From Acidimicrobiales bacterium (GTDB lineage Bacteria; Actinomycetota; Acidimicrobiia; Acidimicrobiales; VFJN01): 64,000 nt of DNA. Shown one piece after another: positions 30,101 to 39,903 of this stretch. The stretch covers positions 4,392 to 68,391 of the forward strand of contig JBBDWQ010000026.1 of assembly GCA_040902805.1 (NCBI GenBank), read 5' to 3'. Within the stretch, counting starts at the first letter, position 1, and each line of letters opens with the position of its first letter. The position numbers and the translations under genes were made by a program. The notes below the pieces were generated by a model that did no database searches, had not been told where the DNA came from, and saw only the letters and a program-made list of their open reading frames with translations.

Positions 30101-31282
30101 TCAGGAGCTTGGAGCCAGGTACAGCAGTCGGTTCGCTGTTGCCGGTCGGCAGAGCAGGACGAGCAGCTGGCAGCTCCGCTCCGTCTTGGTGATTCTGTTC
30201 TTGGCAGAAGCGTTGATCAGCGCCGTCGCCACGCCGCTCGGCGGGGTGCCGGGATGGGCGGCAAGATAGCGGGCCGCTGCGCCCGTAACGTGGGGGGCCG
30301 ACATCGACGTGCCGCTGATGGTGTTGGTGCCGGTGTTGGAGTCATTCCACGCCGACGTGATGCCAGCACCAGGAGCCAGCAGGTCGACGCAGGTGCCGCC
30401 GTTGGAGAAGGATGTCATAGCATCGCTTGCGTCGGTGGCCGCGACTGTGATCGCCTCTGCGACGCGTGCCGGCGAGGACTTGCATGCGTCTGTTGACTCG
30501 TTGCCCGCCGCGAGCGCCACCGTGATGCCGTCCTTGATGAGGTTGCGCACTGCGGTATCGACGGCGCTGCTCGCCGAGCCCCCGAAACTGATGTTCGCGA
30601 CGGCGCTCTTTCCGTTCTGGTGGTGCTCGATCACCCAGTTGATGCCTTTGATGACCTGTGCGTCGGTGCCGGACCCGTCGCAATCCAGCACGCGCACCGC
30701 GATCAGGCGCACCTTCTTCGCTACTCCATAGGTAGCGCCGCCCGTTGTGCCGGCGACATGGGTGCCGTGACCGTTGCAGTCGTCGGCGTTGTTGTCGTTG
30801 TCGATCGCATCCATCCCAGAGGTGGCCCGTGCCCCAAAATCGCTGTGGCTGACTCGGATGCCGGTATCGATGATGTACGCATCGACCCCGTCACCGGTCC
30901 TGGTGTAGGCATACGCCGTGTTCAGCGGCAGGTTCGCCTGATCGATTCGATCGAGCCCCCACGGTGGGTTGCTCTGGGTTTCGGAGATGCTCTTGGTGCC
31001 GTTGGGCTCGACCGACGTGATGCCGGGAACGGCGGCCAAGATCCCTGCCGCCACAACCGGAAGCGTCACCACTGCGCCGTTGATGGCATCGCTGAAGGTC
31101 TGATCGACCGTTCCCCCGAGGGGCGCCAGGGCGGCCTGGACCACCTGGCTGACAGCGCCCGCTGCAGGGTCGACCTGGACGATGTAGCTCGCGGTCGTCC
31201 CCCCCGAGGCGGATGATGCGAAGGGCCCCAACATGAGGACCGCGAGTGCTGTCAGAGCGCTCAATCTGAGGGTGCGATGCAT
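30101..31282 (-). CDS. Secreted S8 subtilisin-like serine protease (aqualysin-like)
   Basis: Signal peptide, I9 propeptide, IIDTGI, GHGTHVAG, SGTSMS. Confidence 0.95.
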   Translation of the reverse strand: MHRTLRLSALTALAVLMLGPFASSASGGTTASYIVQVDPAAGAVSQVVQAALAPLGGTVDQTFSDAINGAVVTLPVVAAGILAAVPGITSVEPNGTKSISETQSNPPWGLDRIDQANLPLNTAYAYTRTGDGVDAYIIDTGIRVSHSDFGARATSGMDAIDNDNNADDCNGHGTHVAGTTGGATYGVAKKVRLIAVRVLDCDGSGTDAQVIKGINWVIEHHQNGKSAVANISFGGSASSAVDTAVRNLIKDGITVALAAGNESTDACKSSPARVAEAITVAATDASDAMTSFSNGGTCVDLLAPGAGITSAWNDSNTGTNTISGTSMSAPHVTGAAARYLAAHPGTPPSGVATALINASAKNRITKTERSCQLLVLLCRPATANRLLYLAPSS

Positions 31283-31413
31283 CGTGGTTCCTCCCGCGCG
31301 GCGTTTCTCTCTGACCCGCCGCCCCGGGAGAGGGTACTTCAGGAGGGGTTACTTCGTCCCGCCTGGGTGTGTATGTCCCGTCTCTGTCGAAATCGTCTCC
31401 CGATATCGAGATC

Positions 31414-33357
31414 TCAGATCTCAGCCGCAACGCGCGCCGCCGCGGCCAGCGCCAACGCCAGGCCACTCGTGCCGGCCGCGTCGCCGATGACGTGGACGGC
31501 GGGCGATCCGTGCTGGACCAGAGGTGGCTGTCGGCCCGTGCATCCGATGCGGATCTCCGAGCCCGTGGATGGACTCGGGTTCGCAACCGGCTCGTCGGGG
31601 CGCATCGTCAGGTGGACTCCGGCTCGCTCTAGGTCGGCGACGAGTCGGAAGCGACCGGGCAGGCCGAGCTCGGGAGCGATGACCGGATCGTCGGTCGCGA
31701 GGGTCACCTGCATGCCATGACGTGCCGCTGACTCTGCGAGAGATGCGGCGGCCTTGCTGCTGCCGTGGATGGTTACGGACACAGCGAGGTCCGACCTGTC
31801 GCCGAGCCACGGCGCGATGTCGTCGATAGCCGGGTCCCCGCCCGACGCGGACCAATCACCACCGACCGCCCAGACCAGCGCATCGCAGGAGGAGGTCGCG
31901 ACGGTGCGGTCGGTCGCCGGGGTCTCCAGCCTGACCTCGACTCCCGCATCAGTCGCCGCGCCGACCAGCCAGTCGCGCAGCCCGAGGAGGTCGGGATCCG
32001 CCTGCTCTGCGAGGCAGAGCAGGCCGCCAAGGCGATCGGTCGCCTCCCACAGCTCGACGTGATGGCCGCGTTCGGCCAACCGGCGCGCACACTCGAGTCC
32101 GGCCGGCCCACCACCTGCAACGACAACGTGCTTTGGTGGCGTCGACGAGGCTGGCGCGGGCTCGGCCTCGTGCCCCGCATCGGGGTTCACGCTGCACATG
32201 ACGGGGTCATTGGTGAAGATGGCCCCGATGCAGCGGTATTGGTAGGCGCATGGACGTACCTTGTCCCTGCTGCCCCCCGCGAGCTTCCGCGGAAGCTCGG
32301 GATCCGCGATGAGCGGGCGGCCCATGGCGATGATGTCGGCGGCCTCGTTGACGAGAGCCTGCTCGGCCGACTCAGGGGTGAGGCGACCCATGGCGATCAC
32401 TGTCGTGGAGAGGTCGCGCTTCACACGCGCGGCGTGCTCCAAGAGGGCGCCAGCGAGATGCGGCGTGTGGCCGTCAACGATGCCGGTGGCCACCATTGGA
32501 TCGCCGTAGGCGGTGACGTGAATGGCATCGAGACCGGCGTCGAGGCCGAGGCCCATGGCCGTGATTGCATCGTCGATTCGCTGGCCAGGATCGCGGTGAG
32601 CTTCAAAGGCACCCACACGCGCCCACAGAGGATAGGTCGGCCCCACCGCGGAACGGACCGCCCGCACCACCGCGACGAACAGCTCGGCCCGCGCTTCGGG
32701 CGAGCCGCCCCACCGATCGGTGCGCTGGTTGGTGGCGGGGGAGAGGAAGGCGTGGAGCAAGTAGCCGTGGCCGGCGTGGAGCTCGATGCCATCGAACCCA
32801 GCTCGCTGGCAGCGCAGCGCACTGTCGACGAACCGATCGATGGCCCACATGAGGTCATCGTCGGTAGCGACCTGGATCTCGTACGAGGCCTTTGGCGACG
32901 CGAACGGCGCCATCATCGCGGTGGCCTCGTCAGTCGTGATCATGCGGGACAGCTCGTCTTGCGCTCCCATGCCCTTCTTCGACGGCACCAGCATCGGTCG
33001 ACCCTCGGCGATGTCCAGGAGGCTGTTGGTGCCGTTGTGCACGAGCTGGGCGGCGATGGTGGCGCCGTGGGAATGCGCCTCGCTGGTCAGTCGGGTCAGG
33101 CCGGGGAGGTGTGCGTCCTCCGATGCGGCGACCTGGCGTCGGTCGGTCGAGGCATGCGGGTACGCCACTGATGCCGAGCCGACGATGACGAGTCCTGCCC
33201 CACCGCGGGCACGCGCCTCGAACCATGCCGCCAGCCGATCGCCCACGGTGCCGTCATCCTCACCGAGGTTCACGCCCATCGGCGCCATGGCGATTCGGTT
33301 TCGCATCCGCAAGGACCCGATTGCCCCGGGCGACAGGAGCAGTGGGAAGTCGCTCAC
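31414..33357 (-). CDS. NADH:flavin oxidoreductase (OYE / 2,4-dienoyl-CoA reductase-like)
   Basis: NRIAMAPM, ELHAGHGYLL, NQRTDRWGG, GGGPAG; GTG start overlaps upstream stop. Confidence 0.9.
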   Translation of the reverse strand: MSDFPLLLSPGAIGSLRMRNRIAMAPMGVNLGEDDGTVGDRLAAWFEARARGGAGLVIVGSASVAYPHASTDRRQVAASEDAHLPGLTRLTSEAHSHGATIAAQLVHNGTNSLLDIAEGRPMLVPSKKGMGAQDELSRMITTDEATAMMAPFASPKASYEIQVATDDDLMWAIDRFVDSALRCQRAGFDGIELHAGHGYLLHAFLSPATNQRTDRWGGSPEARAELFVAVVRAVRSAVGPTYPLWARVGAFEAHRDPGQRIDDAITAMGLGLDAGLDAIHVTAYGDPMVATGIVDGHTPHLAGALLEHAARVKRDLSTTVIAMGRLTPESAEQALVNEAADIIAMGRPLIADPELPRKLAGGSRDKVRPCAYQYRCIGAIFTNDPVMCSVNPDAGHEAEPAPASSTPPKHVVVAGGGPAGLECARRLAERGHHVELWEATDRLGGLLCLAEQADPDLLGLRDWLVGAATDAGVEVRLETPATDRTVATSSCDALVWAVGGDWSASGGDPAIDDIAPWLGDRSDLAVSVTIHGSSKAAASLAESAARHGMQVTLATDDPVIAPELGLPGRFRLVADLERAGVHLTMRPDEPVANPSPSTGSEIRIGCTGRQPPLVQHGSPAVHVIGDAAGTSGLALALAAAARVAAEI

Positions 33358-34130
33358 CAGAGCTGGTCGGTGTACGTGTCGGTGCCCGGGATGGTGGGGA
33401 TGAACGGGGCCGACCACAGAACCTCGCCGATGCGGTCGTCCGACAGGCGTTTCGCGAGGTCCCGGTGTGCGGCCCACTGCTCGGTGGGTGTCGTCTCGGA
33501 GAACGTCAGCGTCATCACACAGCCGTCGAGGCGATCGTGGCCCTTCTGGGTGACAGGGGCACTGGCGGGGAGTGGGATCGGTGAGAAGCCGAGGGCGAGC
33601 TCAGCGGTGGTGGTTGCTGCGCGCACCTCGTCGTGCGACACGCCCGCCGCGGGTCGCAGCAGCGTGGCGGTCAGGCCACCGAAGGGGTGGTCGAGCGCAA
33701 GCTCGGCTGGAACACCGTCGTCGTCTGGGCGGGCCATCCACTCGAAGTTGTAGAGCAGCGTGTGGATGTGATCACGCTCGGGAAACATTCGGCCGTTCTC
33801 GTGGAGCCACATCACCTGGCGGGTGGCCCACTCGAAATGGTCCTGGTGGCGGCCCTCGAGCACCCAGTAGATCGCCACGTAGGAGCCGAGCGGAGCGCCG
33901 CCGAAGATGTCTGCCTCGCTGCCAAAGCGCAGCTCCTTCAGCTGCTTGGTGGCGACGAACCGGCGACCCGCGAAGAGCCAAGGACCGACCATGCATCCGG
34001 CATAGAAGTGGTCACGCTCGTACCACCGGTTGTACGGAACCTCGTGGCCTCGGTGCGGTTCCACGAGGGTGAACAGCATCGAGCCGAGTCGTACTTCGCC
34101 GCCAAGATCGGTCGAGCTCGCGTCGGTCAT
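33354..34130 (-). CDS. Hypothetical protein (possible tandem EthD-like barrel)
   Basis: In operon; YNRWYERDH...GRRFVAT pattern. Confidence 0.75.
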   Translation of the reverse strand: MTDASSTDLGGEVRLGSMLFTLVEPHRGHEVPYNRWYERDHFYAGCMVGPWLFAGRRFVATKQLKELRFGSEADIFGGAPLGSYVAIYWVLEGRHQDHFEWATRQVMWLHENGRMFPERDHIHTLLYNFEWMARPDDDGVPAELALDHPFGGLTATLLRPAAGVSHDEVRAATTTAELALGFSPIPLPASAPVTQKGHDRLDGCVMTLTFSETTPTEQWAAHRDLAKRLSDDRIGEVLWSAPFIPTIPGTDTYTDQLW

Positions 34131-34132
34131 GA

Positions 34133-35362
34133 CTACTTGGTGATGCCGAGGCGGTCGAGGCCGAAGGCGCGGATGGCATTGCCGCGCATGAACTTCCACG
34201 TCTCCTCGGTGGAGAGCCCCGCTTTTGTGCAGATGCTGGTGGCTACTTCCTTGGAGTGCGGGAAGGTGCTGTCCGCGTGGGGGTAGTCGGTCTCGAAGCA
34301 GATCTGGTCCATGCCGATGAGATCGCGGTTCTGCAGGCCGATCTCGTCGTCGAACACGCAGCCGTAGATGCGGTGGTGGATGTAGCTCGACGGGGGGTTG
34401 GGCAGGCTCGTGCCGAAGGCGTTGTCACTGCGCTCGGCCCAGAGCTTGTCGGCCCGTTCGATCACGTAGGGCATCCAGCCGACCTGGCCTTCGCTGTAGG
34501 CGATCACGAGGTTGGGGAAGCGCTCCATCGTGCCGGAGAAGATGTAGTCGAGCATCGATCCCATGGCGTTGGAGAACGTCAGCGTCGAGCTCACGATGAA
34601 GGGTGCGTCGGGTGACGTGGCGGGCATCTTGGAGGATGACCCGATGTGCATGCACACGACCGTGCCGGTGTCCTCGCAGGCATGGAAGAACGGATCCCAG
34701 TAGCGGCTCTTGTCGTGGATCGATGGCATGCCCAGAGGATGCGGGTTCTCGGAGAAGGTGACGGCGAAGCAGCCACGAGCGGCGTTGCGGCGCACTTCCT
34801 CGGCCGCGAGCTGCGGATCCCAGAGCGGCACCATGCCGAGCGGGATGAGGCGACCCTTGCCATCGCCAGCGCACCACTCATCGATCATCCAGTCGTTGTA
34901 GGCCTGGACGCACAGCAGCGCGAGGTCCTTGTCCTCGCGCTCGTAGAACGCCTGCCCGCAGAAGCGGGGAAGCGTGTTGGGGAAGCAGATCGATGCCTCG
35001 ACATGGTTGGCCGTCATGTCCTCGAGGCGGTCCTTCTGGATCCAGCAGCCGGGCCGGATCTCGTCAAACGTGACGGGGGTGACGTCGAGGTCGTCGAAGC
35101 CGAGTGCGGCGGAGAGCTTGGGGAATGGGTAGACGAGGTCGTCGTAGAGCCACCAATCGCACATCTCGCCATCGGGCGTGCCCTTCTCGTAGGAGAAGAT
35201 GCCGCCCTCGAAGCTGAACGTGGCGGTGTCGCGGACCACCCGAGGGCCTCGGTCGAGGTACTTCTTCGGGAGCCGATCGCTCCACAGCGTTGGGGGTTCC
35301 ACCACGTGATCGTCGACCGAGATGATGAGCGGGATCTCCGGCGCGGGGGCGGTGTCGGGCAT
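34133..35362 (-). CDS. Amidohydrolase_2 family protein (paralog B)
   Basis: SVDDH, MHIGSSS, FETDYPH; leaderless TAGTAT-7nt-ATG. Confidence 0.92.
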   Translation of the reverse strand: MPDTAPAPEIPLIISVDDHVVEPPTLWSDRLPKKYLDRGPRVVRDTATFSFEGGIFSYEKGTPDGEMCDWWLYDDLVYPFPKLSAALGFDDLDVTPVTFDEIRPGCWIQKDRLEDMTANHVEASICFPNTLPRFCGQAFYEREDKDLALLCVQAYNDWMIDEWCAGDGKGRLIPLGMVPLWDPQLAAEEVRRNAARGCFAVTFSENPHPLGMPSIHDKSRYWDPFFHACEDTGTVVCMHIGSSSKMPATSPDAPFIVSSTLTFSNAMGSMLDYIFSGTMERFPNLVIAYSEGQVGWMPYVIERADKLWAERSDNAFGTSLPNPPSSYIHHRIYGCVFDDEIGLQNRDLIGMDQICFETDYPHADSTFPHSKEVATSICTKAGLSTEETWKFMRGNAIRAFGLDRLGITK

Positions 35363-35371
35363 GCGGCCGAT

Positions 35372-35389
35372 ACTAGAACGTGTTCTAGT
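35372..35389. promoter_or_regulatory. KstR-type operator, copy 2
   Basis: ACTAGAACGTGTTCTAGT overlapping the -10 of amidohydrolase B. Confidence 0.88.
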
Positions 35390-35570
35390 TCGTGTCATGG
35401 TCGATGGAGTGACCTCGAGCAAGCAGGTCGCGAAGGTCGCTCGGGTGGCACATGACCAGACCTCCGGGCTCGGGTCGGGCGCGGGCGTTCCATCCGGCGA
35501 GGGCGAACGGCACCCCTGCGGCGGCCGCAGCGGCGCGGTCGCGCTCGAAGTCGAACGATGCCGTGCGCAT
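35385..35570 (-). pseudogene. Possible C-terminal remnant of a HAD-family hydrolase
   Basis: DFERDRAAAAAAGVPFALAGW...HPSDL resembles HAD motif IV (GDxxxDxxAAxAAG) and tail; N-terminal DxDG motif absent. Confidence 0.45.
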
Positions 35571-35593
35571 TTGGGCACGGTACCGTCGCCCTA

Positions 35594-36379
35594 GTGGGGA
35601 TCCTGGCTCGCCTCGATCATGATGCATCGGCTGACGACGTGGTGGGCGCGCTCGAACGCGACGGATGCGTGGTGGTGGAGCGCTTCATCGACGATGTGAC
35701 GGTGTCGGCGCTAAAGGCGGAGCTGGCACCCTTCCGCGAGACCACACCCGAAGGGCGCAACCCGTTCGAGGGTTTCGCGACGCGTCGGATCTACGCGCTG
35801 TTCGCCAAGGTGCGTGGCTTCGATGAGCTTGCCGTCCACCCGTTGCTGCTCGACGTGCTCGACCGGGTGCTTGGTGACTCGCAGCTGAGCGGCCCGGTGG
35901 GCATCGACATCGGACCAGGGGAGTCGCCGCAGGGGCTGCACCGCGATGATCAGGTCTACCCGTTGCGGTGGCCGCATCAGCAGGTGGTGCTCAACACGAT
36001 GTGGGCACTCGATGACTTCACGGTGGACAACGGCGCGACGCTCATCGTGCCCGGGAGCCACCACACCAGTCCGGAGGAACGCCCCGACGACGGCGATGCG
36101 ATCGCCGCGACGATGCCCGCCGGGTCCGTGATGTTCTACTCCGGCACCGTCTGGCACGGCGGCGGCGCCAACCGCACCAGCGAGCGTCGGCTGGGCGTGA
36201 TCCTCGAGTACGTCGGCTCGTGGCTGCGGGCCCAGGAGAACCACCTCGTCGCGGTGCCGCCGGAGGTGATGCGCACGCTTCCCCCGCGTCTGCAGGAGCT
36301 GCTCGGCTACAACATCTACCCGCCGTTTCTCGGCTATGTCGACGGCCGCCACCCCCGTCGGGCCCTCGGCGTCGACTGA
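35594..36379 (+). CDS. PhyH-family Fe(II)/2-oxoglutarate dioxygenase
   Basis: QGLHRDD, NGATLIVPGSH, WHGGGAN, RAQEN. Confidence 0.92.
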   Translation: MGILARLDHDASADDVVGALERDGCVVVERFIDDVTVSALKAELAPFRETTPEGRNPFEGFATRRIYALFAKVRGFDELAVHPLLLDVLDRVLGDSQLSGPVGIDIGPGESPQGLHRDDQVYPLRWPHQQVVLNTMWALDDFTVDNGATLIVPGSHHTSPEERPDDGDAIAATMPAGSVMFYSGTVWHGGGANRTSERRLGVILEYVGSWLRAQENHLVAVPPEVMRTLPPRLQELLGYNIYPPFLGYVDGRHPRRALGVD

Positions 36380-36393
36380 CGCCCCGGGGGGAG

Positions 36394-37461
36394 TTAGAGC
36401 AGCGACAGGGTGTCGTGGTGCAGGGCCATGCGGCAGGAGCGCTCGGCCATGGCAAGGAACATGAGGTCACCCCGGTCGGTGGGAGCGACGAGCATCGAGG
36501 CACCCACGGCCATGAGGTAACCCGCGAAAGCGAAGCGACGATAGTCATGCCAACAGCGATCCCAGTCGTAGCCGGTGACGCCCCGTGCGACGAGTGCGTC
36601 GTGGTACTCGCGCACGACAGCTCCCTCGTGGACCTCGCGCACGTCGGGAGTCGGCGACGTGCCAAGGAAGTACGACACGTCGGTGAGGGCCGGGCCCCGG
36701 GTGACGGTCTGCCAGTCCACTGCTACGACGCGTGACGCGCCGTCGAAGAGGAGGTTGTCGAGGCGGTAGTCACCGTGCACGACGGTGAGCGGATCAGGCC
36801 GATAGGAGATGTAGTCGGACAATCGCGCTACTACGGCGTCGCCCGCCGCTCGCAGCTCAGGGGCGAGTCGGGTGCCGTAGCGCTCGTTGAACCCGCCATG
36901 GAGCATCGGCAGCAGCTGCAGGTAGAAGGTCTCGTTGTCCGGCGTCCAACGATCGAGCCAGACCATCTCGCCCAGTGCCGAGTCCCCCCACAGCGGCGCG
37001 TGGAGCTTGGCCAGCTCGAGCACGCTCACGCGCGCCGCTTCGAGACCGCACCCCTCGATCTGATCGCCCGGTTGCGCAGGCGCGAGGTCCTCCATGATGA
37101 GCACGAACTCGTTGGCCTCGACATCGAGCAGCGAGAGGTGGGTGGCCGGAGTGGTGATGTCCACCCGGGCCTGGAGGTCCTGATAGAAGCGTGACTCCAC
37201 CTCATAGGTGCGGGTGAGGGTGGTGGCATTGCGGGAGACCTCGTCCGCCGTGGGGAACTTCCCGACGATCGTCGCCGGACCGGTGCCACCCTCGTAGGTG
37301 AGATGGAAGCGAGCGTTGTCACCCACCATGCCGGCGCCGAAGAGCTCGTGGTCGACGGTCACGACCCGACCAGTCGAGAGCGCCCCACTCGCGCGCAGCA
37401 CGTCGGTGAGCCACTCGGCGGTGACCGCGGCAGGGTCGGTCAGAAGAGGGATGGCGGACAT
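36394..37461 (-). CDS. APH/EcKinase-like phosphotransferase (paralog 1)
   Basis: ESRFY, IMEDL, HGDYRLDN, VDWQ. Confidence 0.88.
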   Translation of the reverse strand: MSAIPLLTDPAAVTAEWLTDVLRASGALSTGRVVTVDHELFGAGMVGDNARFHLTYEGGTGPATIVGKFPTADEVSRNATTLTRTYEVESRFYQDLQARVDITTPATHLSLLDVEANEFVLIMEDLAPAQPGDQIEGCGLEAARVSVLELAKLHAPLWGDSALGEMVWLDRWTPDNETFYLQLLPMLHGGFNERYGTRLAPELRAAGDAVVARLSDYISYRPDPLTVVHGDYRLDNLLFDGASRVVAVDWQTVTRGPALTDVSYFLGTSPTPDVREVHEGAVVREYHDALVARGVTGYDWDRCWHDYRRFAFAGYLMAVGASMLVAPTDRGDLMFLAMAERSCRMALHHDTLSLL

Positions 37462-37537
37462 CAGGCACTCCGGGTCGAGGCGGGTTGTTCAGCATGCACC
37501 ACGGCGGGGGTGGAGGTGAGGGCTGGGGCGACAGGGA

Positions 37538-37555
37538 ACTAGAACGCGTTCTAGT
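37538..37555. promoter_or_regulatory. KstR-type operator, copy 3 (perfect 18-bp palindrome)
   Basis: ACTAGAACGCGTTCTAGT overlapping TAGTCT -10 of leaderless ALDH. Confidence 0.88.
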
Positions 37556-37563
37556 CTGAGGTC

Positions 37564-39024
37564 ATGGCAGCGAAGGAGTTCCGGATGCTCATCGGCGGCG
37601 ACCTCGTGGCAGGGGAGGGCGGGTCCTACGACATCGTCAACCCGGCCACGGAGGCCGTGGTGGGACAAGCCCCCGAGGCATCGACCGCGCAGGTCGAGGC
37701 TGCGGCTGCCGCGGCTGCCGAGGCGTTCGGCCCGTGGACCCGCACCAAGCCCGAGGAGCGCGCGGCGCTGCTCGACAAGGCGGCGGACCTCATGCGCGAC
37801 CGAGTCGCGGAGCTCATCCCGCTGGTGCAGGCCGAGACCGGAGCCACCCTGCGGGTCACGGAGACCATGCAGGTCCCGACGTGCGTCGACCGACTCCGTC
37901 GTTATGCCCGCGGTGCAATGGAGGCCAACGTCATACCCCTGCCTCCGGGCGAGACCGCAACGACCGCTCTGGCTGCAGGCGGGCTGATGAGTGCGGTGGC
38001 GGTGCGGCAGCCCGTGGGAGCGGTGGCCTGCATCACGCCGTACAACTTCCCGATCGTGAACATGGCGGGCAAGATCGGCCCGGCGCTGGCCATGGGCAAC
38101 ACGGTGGTTGTGAAGCCGGCTCCCCAGGATCCGTTGGCCATCACGGTGTTCGGAGAGATCTTGCGCGACGCGGGGTTCCCTCCGGGCGTGGTGAACGTCG
38201 TGACGGGCTCAGGCGCCGAAGCGGGCCAGGCGCTCGTCGCCTCCAACCACATCGACATGGTGAGCTTCACGGGTTCCACGCCAGTCGGTCGGGCCATCGG
38301 CGAGGTGGCTGGTCGCGACATGAAGCGACTGCTGCTCGAGCTCGGTGGCAAGGGCGCCGGGATCGTGTTCGACGATGCCGACCTCAAGACCGCCATCTCC
38401 ACGATCGTCTCCGCATGGGCGTTCCACAGCGGTCAGATCTGCACGGCGCCGACACGGGTCATAGCGCAGCGAGGCGTCTACGACGAGGTCGTTGGCGGAC
38501 TCCAGCTGGCGGCGGGCTACCTGAAGGTCGGCGACCCGCTCGAGGCGGACACGATCGTCGGACCGCTCGTCTCAGCGCTCCAGCGAGATCGCGTCGAGGC
38601 GCTCATCCAGGCGGGCGTCAGCCAGGGAGGCGAGCTCGTCGCTGGCGGCCGGCGCCCGGAGATGGACAACGGCTTCTATGTGGCGCCGACGCTCATCGCA
38701 GGCTGCAAGCCTGACAACGCCGCGGTCCAGCAGGAGTTCTTCGGCCCAGTCGTGGTGGTTGTGCCCTTCGACGAGGACGACGAGGCCGTCAGCATCGCGA
38801 ACAGCACCGAGTTCGGTCTCTACGACTACGTCTTCACTGCTGATACTGCACGAGCGATGCGCGTCGCCAAGCAGCTGCGCACTGGCAACGTCGGCATCAA
38901 CACGGCGCAGCGCAACCAAGAGGCGCCCTTCGGCGGATTCAAGATGAGTGGCGTCGGGCGCGACGGTGGTTCCTTCGGGCTCCATGCGTACTCGGAGCTG
39001 CAGAGCATCGTCTGGCCCGGCTGA
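37564..39024 (+). CDS. Aldehyde dehydrogenase
   Basis: PYNFP, FTGS, LELGGK, SGQIC, EFFGP, PFGGFK. Confidence 0.95.
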   Translation: MAAKEFRMLIGGDLVAGEGGSYDIVNPATEAVVGQAPEASTAQVEAAAAAAAEAFGPWTRTKPEERAALLDKAADLMRDRVAELIPLVQAETGATLRVTETMQVPTCVDRLRRYARGAMEANVIPLPPGETATTALAAGGLMSAVAVRQPVGAVACITPYNFPIVNMAGKIGPALAMGNTVVVKPAPQDPLAITVFGEILRDAGFPPGVVNVVTGSGAEAGQALVASNHIDMVSFTGSTPVGRAIGEVAGRDMKRLLLELGGKGAGIVFDDADLKTAISTIVSAWAFHSGQICTAPTRVIAQRGVYDEVVGGLQLAAGYLKVGDPLEADTIVGPLVSALQRDRVEALIQAGVSQGGELVAGGRRPEMDNGFYVAPTLIAGCKPDNAAVQQEFFGPVVVVVPFDEDDEAVSIANSTEFGLYDYVFTADTARAMRVAKQLRTGNVGINTAQRNQEAPFGGFKMSGVGRDGGSFGLHAYSELQSIVWPG

Positions 39025-39031
39025 GGGATCT

Positions 39032-39823
39032 TCAGGCGACGATGTCGATCGGCGTGCCCAGGGGGATCACGTCGAGCCTCAGAAGATCCTCGATGTGCAT
39101 GCGGATGCACCCGTTGGAGATCTTGGTCCCGGTGGTTCCGATGCGGGCATCCGAGCTGGCCGAGATAGGACCGTGGATCGCGGTTACGGCGTCGCCGCTT
39201 CCTTGCCAGCTCCAGATGTCCTCGGAGTGGCCGCTGGTGTCGAGCACGATCGGTCCGTAGCCGTGCGGGCCGGGCTTCGAGAGCACAGCGATGAAAAAGC
39301 TTCCTGTCGGGGTACGCGTGCTGTCCTTGCCGATGCCCACGGGAGCGCTGAAGAGCTCGTAGCCGTCCTTGTAGACGTAGAGCCTGGTCTCGCCGAGGCG
39401 GAGCACGATGCGGTATGCGGTGCTCGTGATCGCCACCTCCGAGCGGCGGACCCAACCGATCGACCCGTTGGGGCGCTCCGGTCGCATCACCAGCAACCAC
39501 TCGCCGCTCTCCTGGAGGATGGGCATGGTCACCGGACGCTCATACCACCTACCTACCGTGCCGATGTCCTGTCCACCCGGTGTTGCATAGGCCCGGATCA
39601 GGCCGTCAGGGGTGGCGAGCTTCGTCGTGACTGGCACCTCAGGTGGCTGGGTCGTGGTGGTCGTCGGCGGGGGGACGGTCACGACTGGGATCGCGGCGGC
39701 TGGTTCGCCGCTGTCCTTGACGAAGAGCACGATCGAGCCGGCGACGAGGAGGACGGCCGAGGCCATGCTGAGGACCCACAGCATCTGCGGTGGTGTCGTG
39801 ATCGCCTCTCGCCCGTGGTCCAC
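39032..39823 (-). CDS. L,D-transpeptidase (YkuD domain), membrane-anchored
   Basis: TM + Pro/Thr linker; TPTGSF, AIHG...SNGCIRM; start uncertain (39823 or 39784). Confidence 0.88.
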   Translation of the reverse strand: MDHGREAITTPPQMLWVLSMASAVLLVAGSIVLFVKDSGEPAAAIPVVTVPPPTTTTTQPPEVPVTTKLATPDGLIRAYATPGGQDIGTVGRWYERPVTMPILQESGEWLLVMRPERPNGSIGWVRRSEVAITSTAYRIVLRLGETRLYVYKDGYELFSAPVGIGKDSTRTPTGSFFIAVLSKPGPHGYGPIVLDTSGHSEDIWSWQGSGDAVTAIHGPISASSDARIGTTGTKISNGCIRMHIEDLLRLDVIPLGTPIDIVA

Positions 39824-39885
39824 CCCTTGATGGAACCACATCCGGATGCGTCAAGTGAGTGCGCCACACCCGTTTGGGTAGCCAG

Positions 39886-39903
39886 TAACGTAATAGTACG
39901 TTA
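39886..39903. promoter_or_regulatory. Perfect AT-rich palindrome TAACGTA-ATAG-TACGTTA over the cyclase start (probable PadR operator)
   Basis: 7-4-7 inverted repeat ending on the A of ATG 39903. Confidence 0.7.

Noticed and set aside
31407..31421. AGATCTC direct repeat near the OYE stop
   Set aside because: Too short to distinguish from chance
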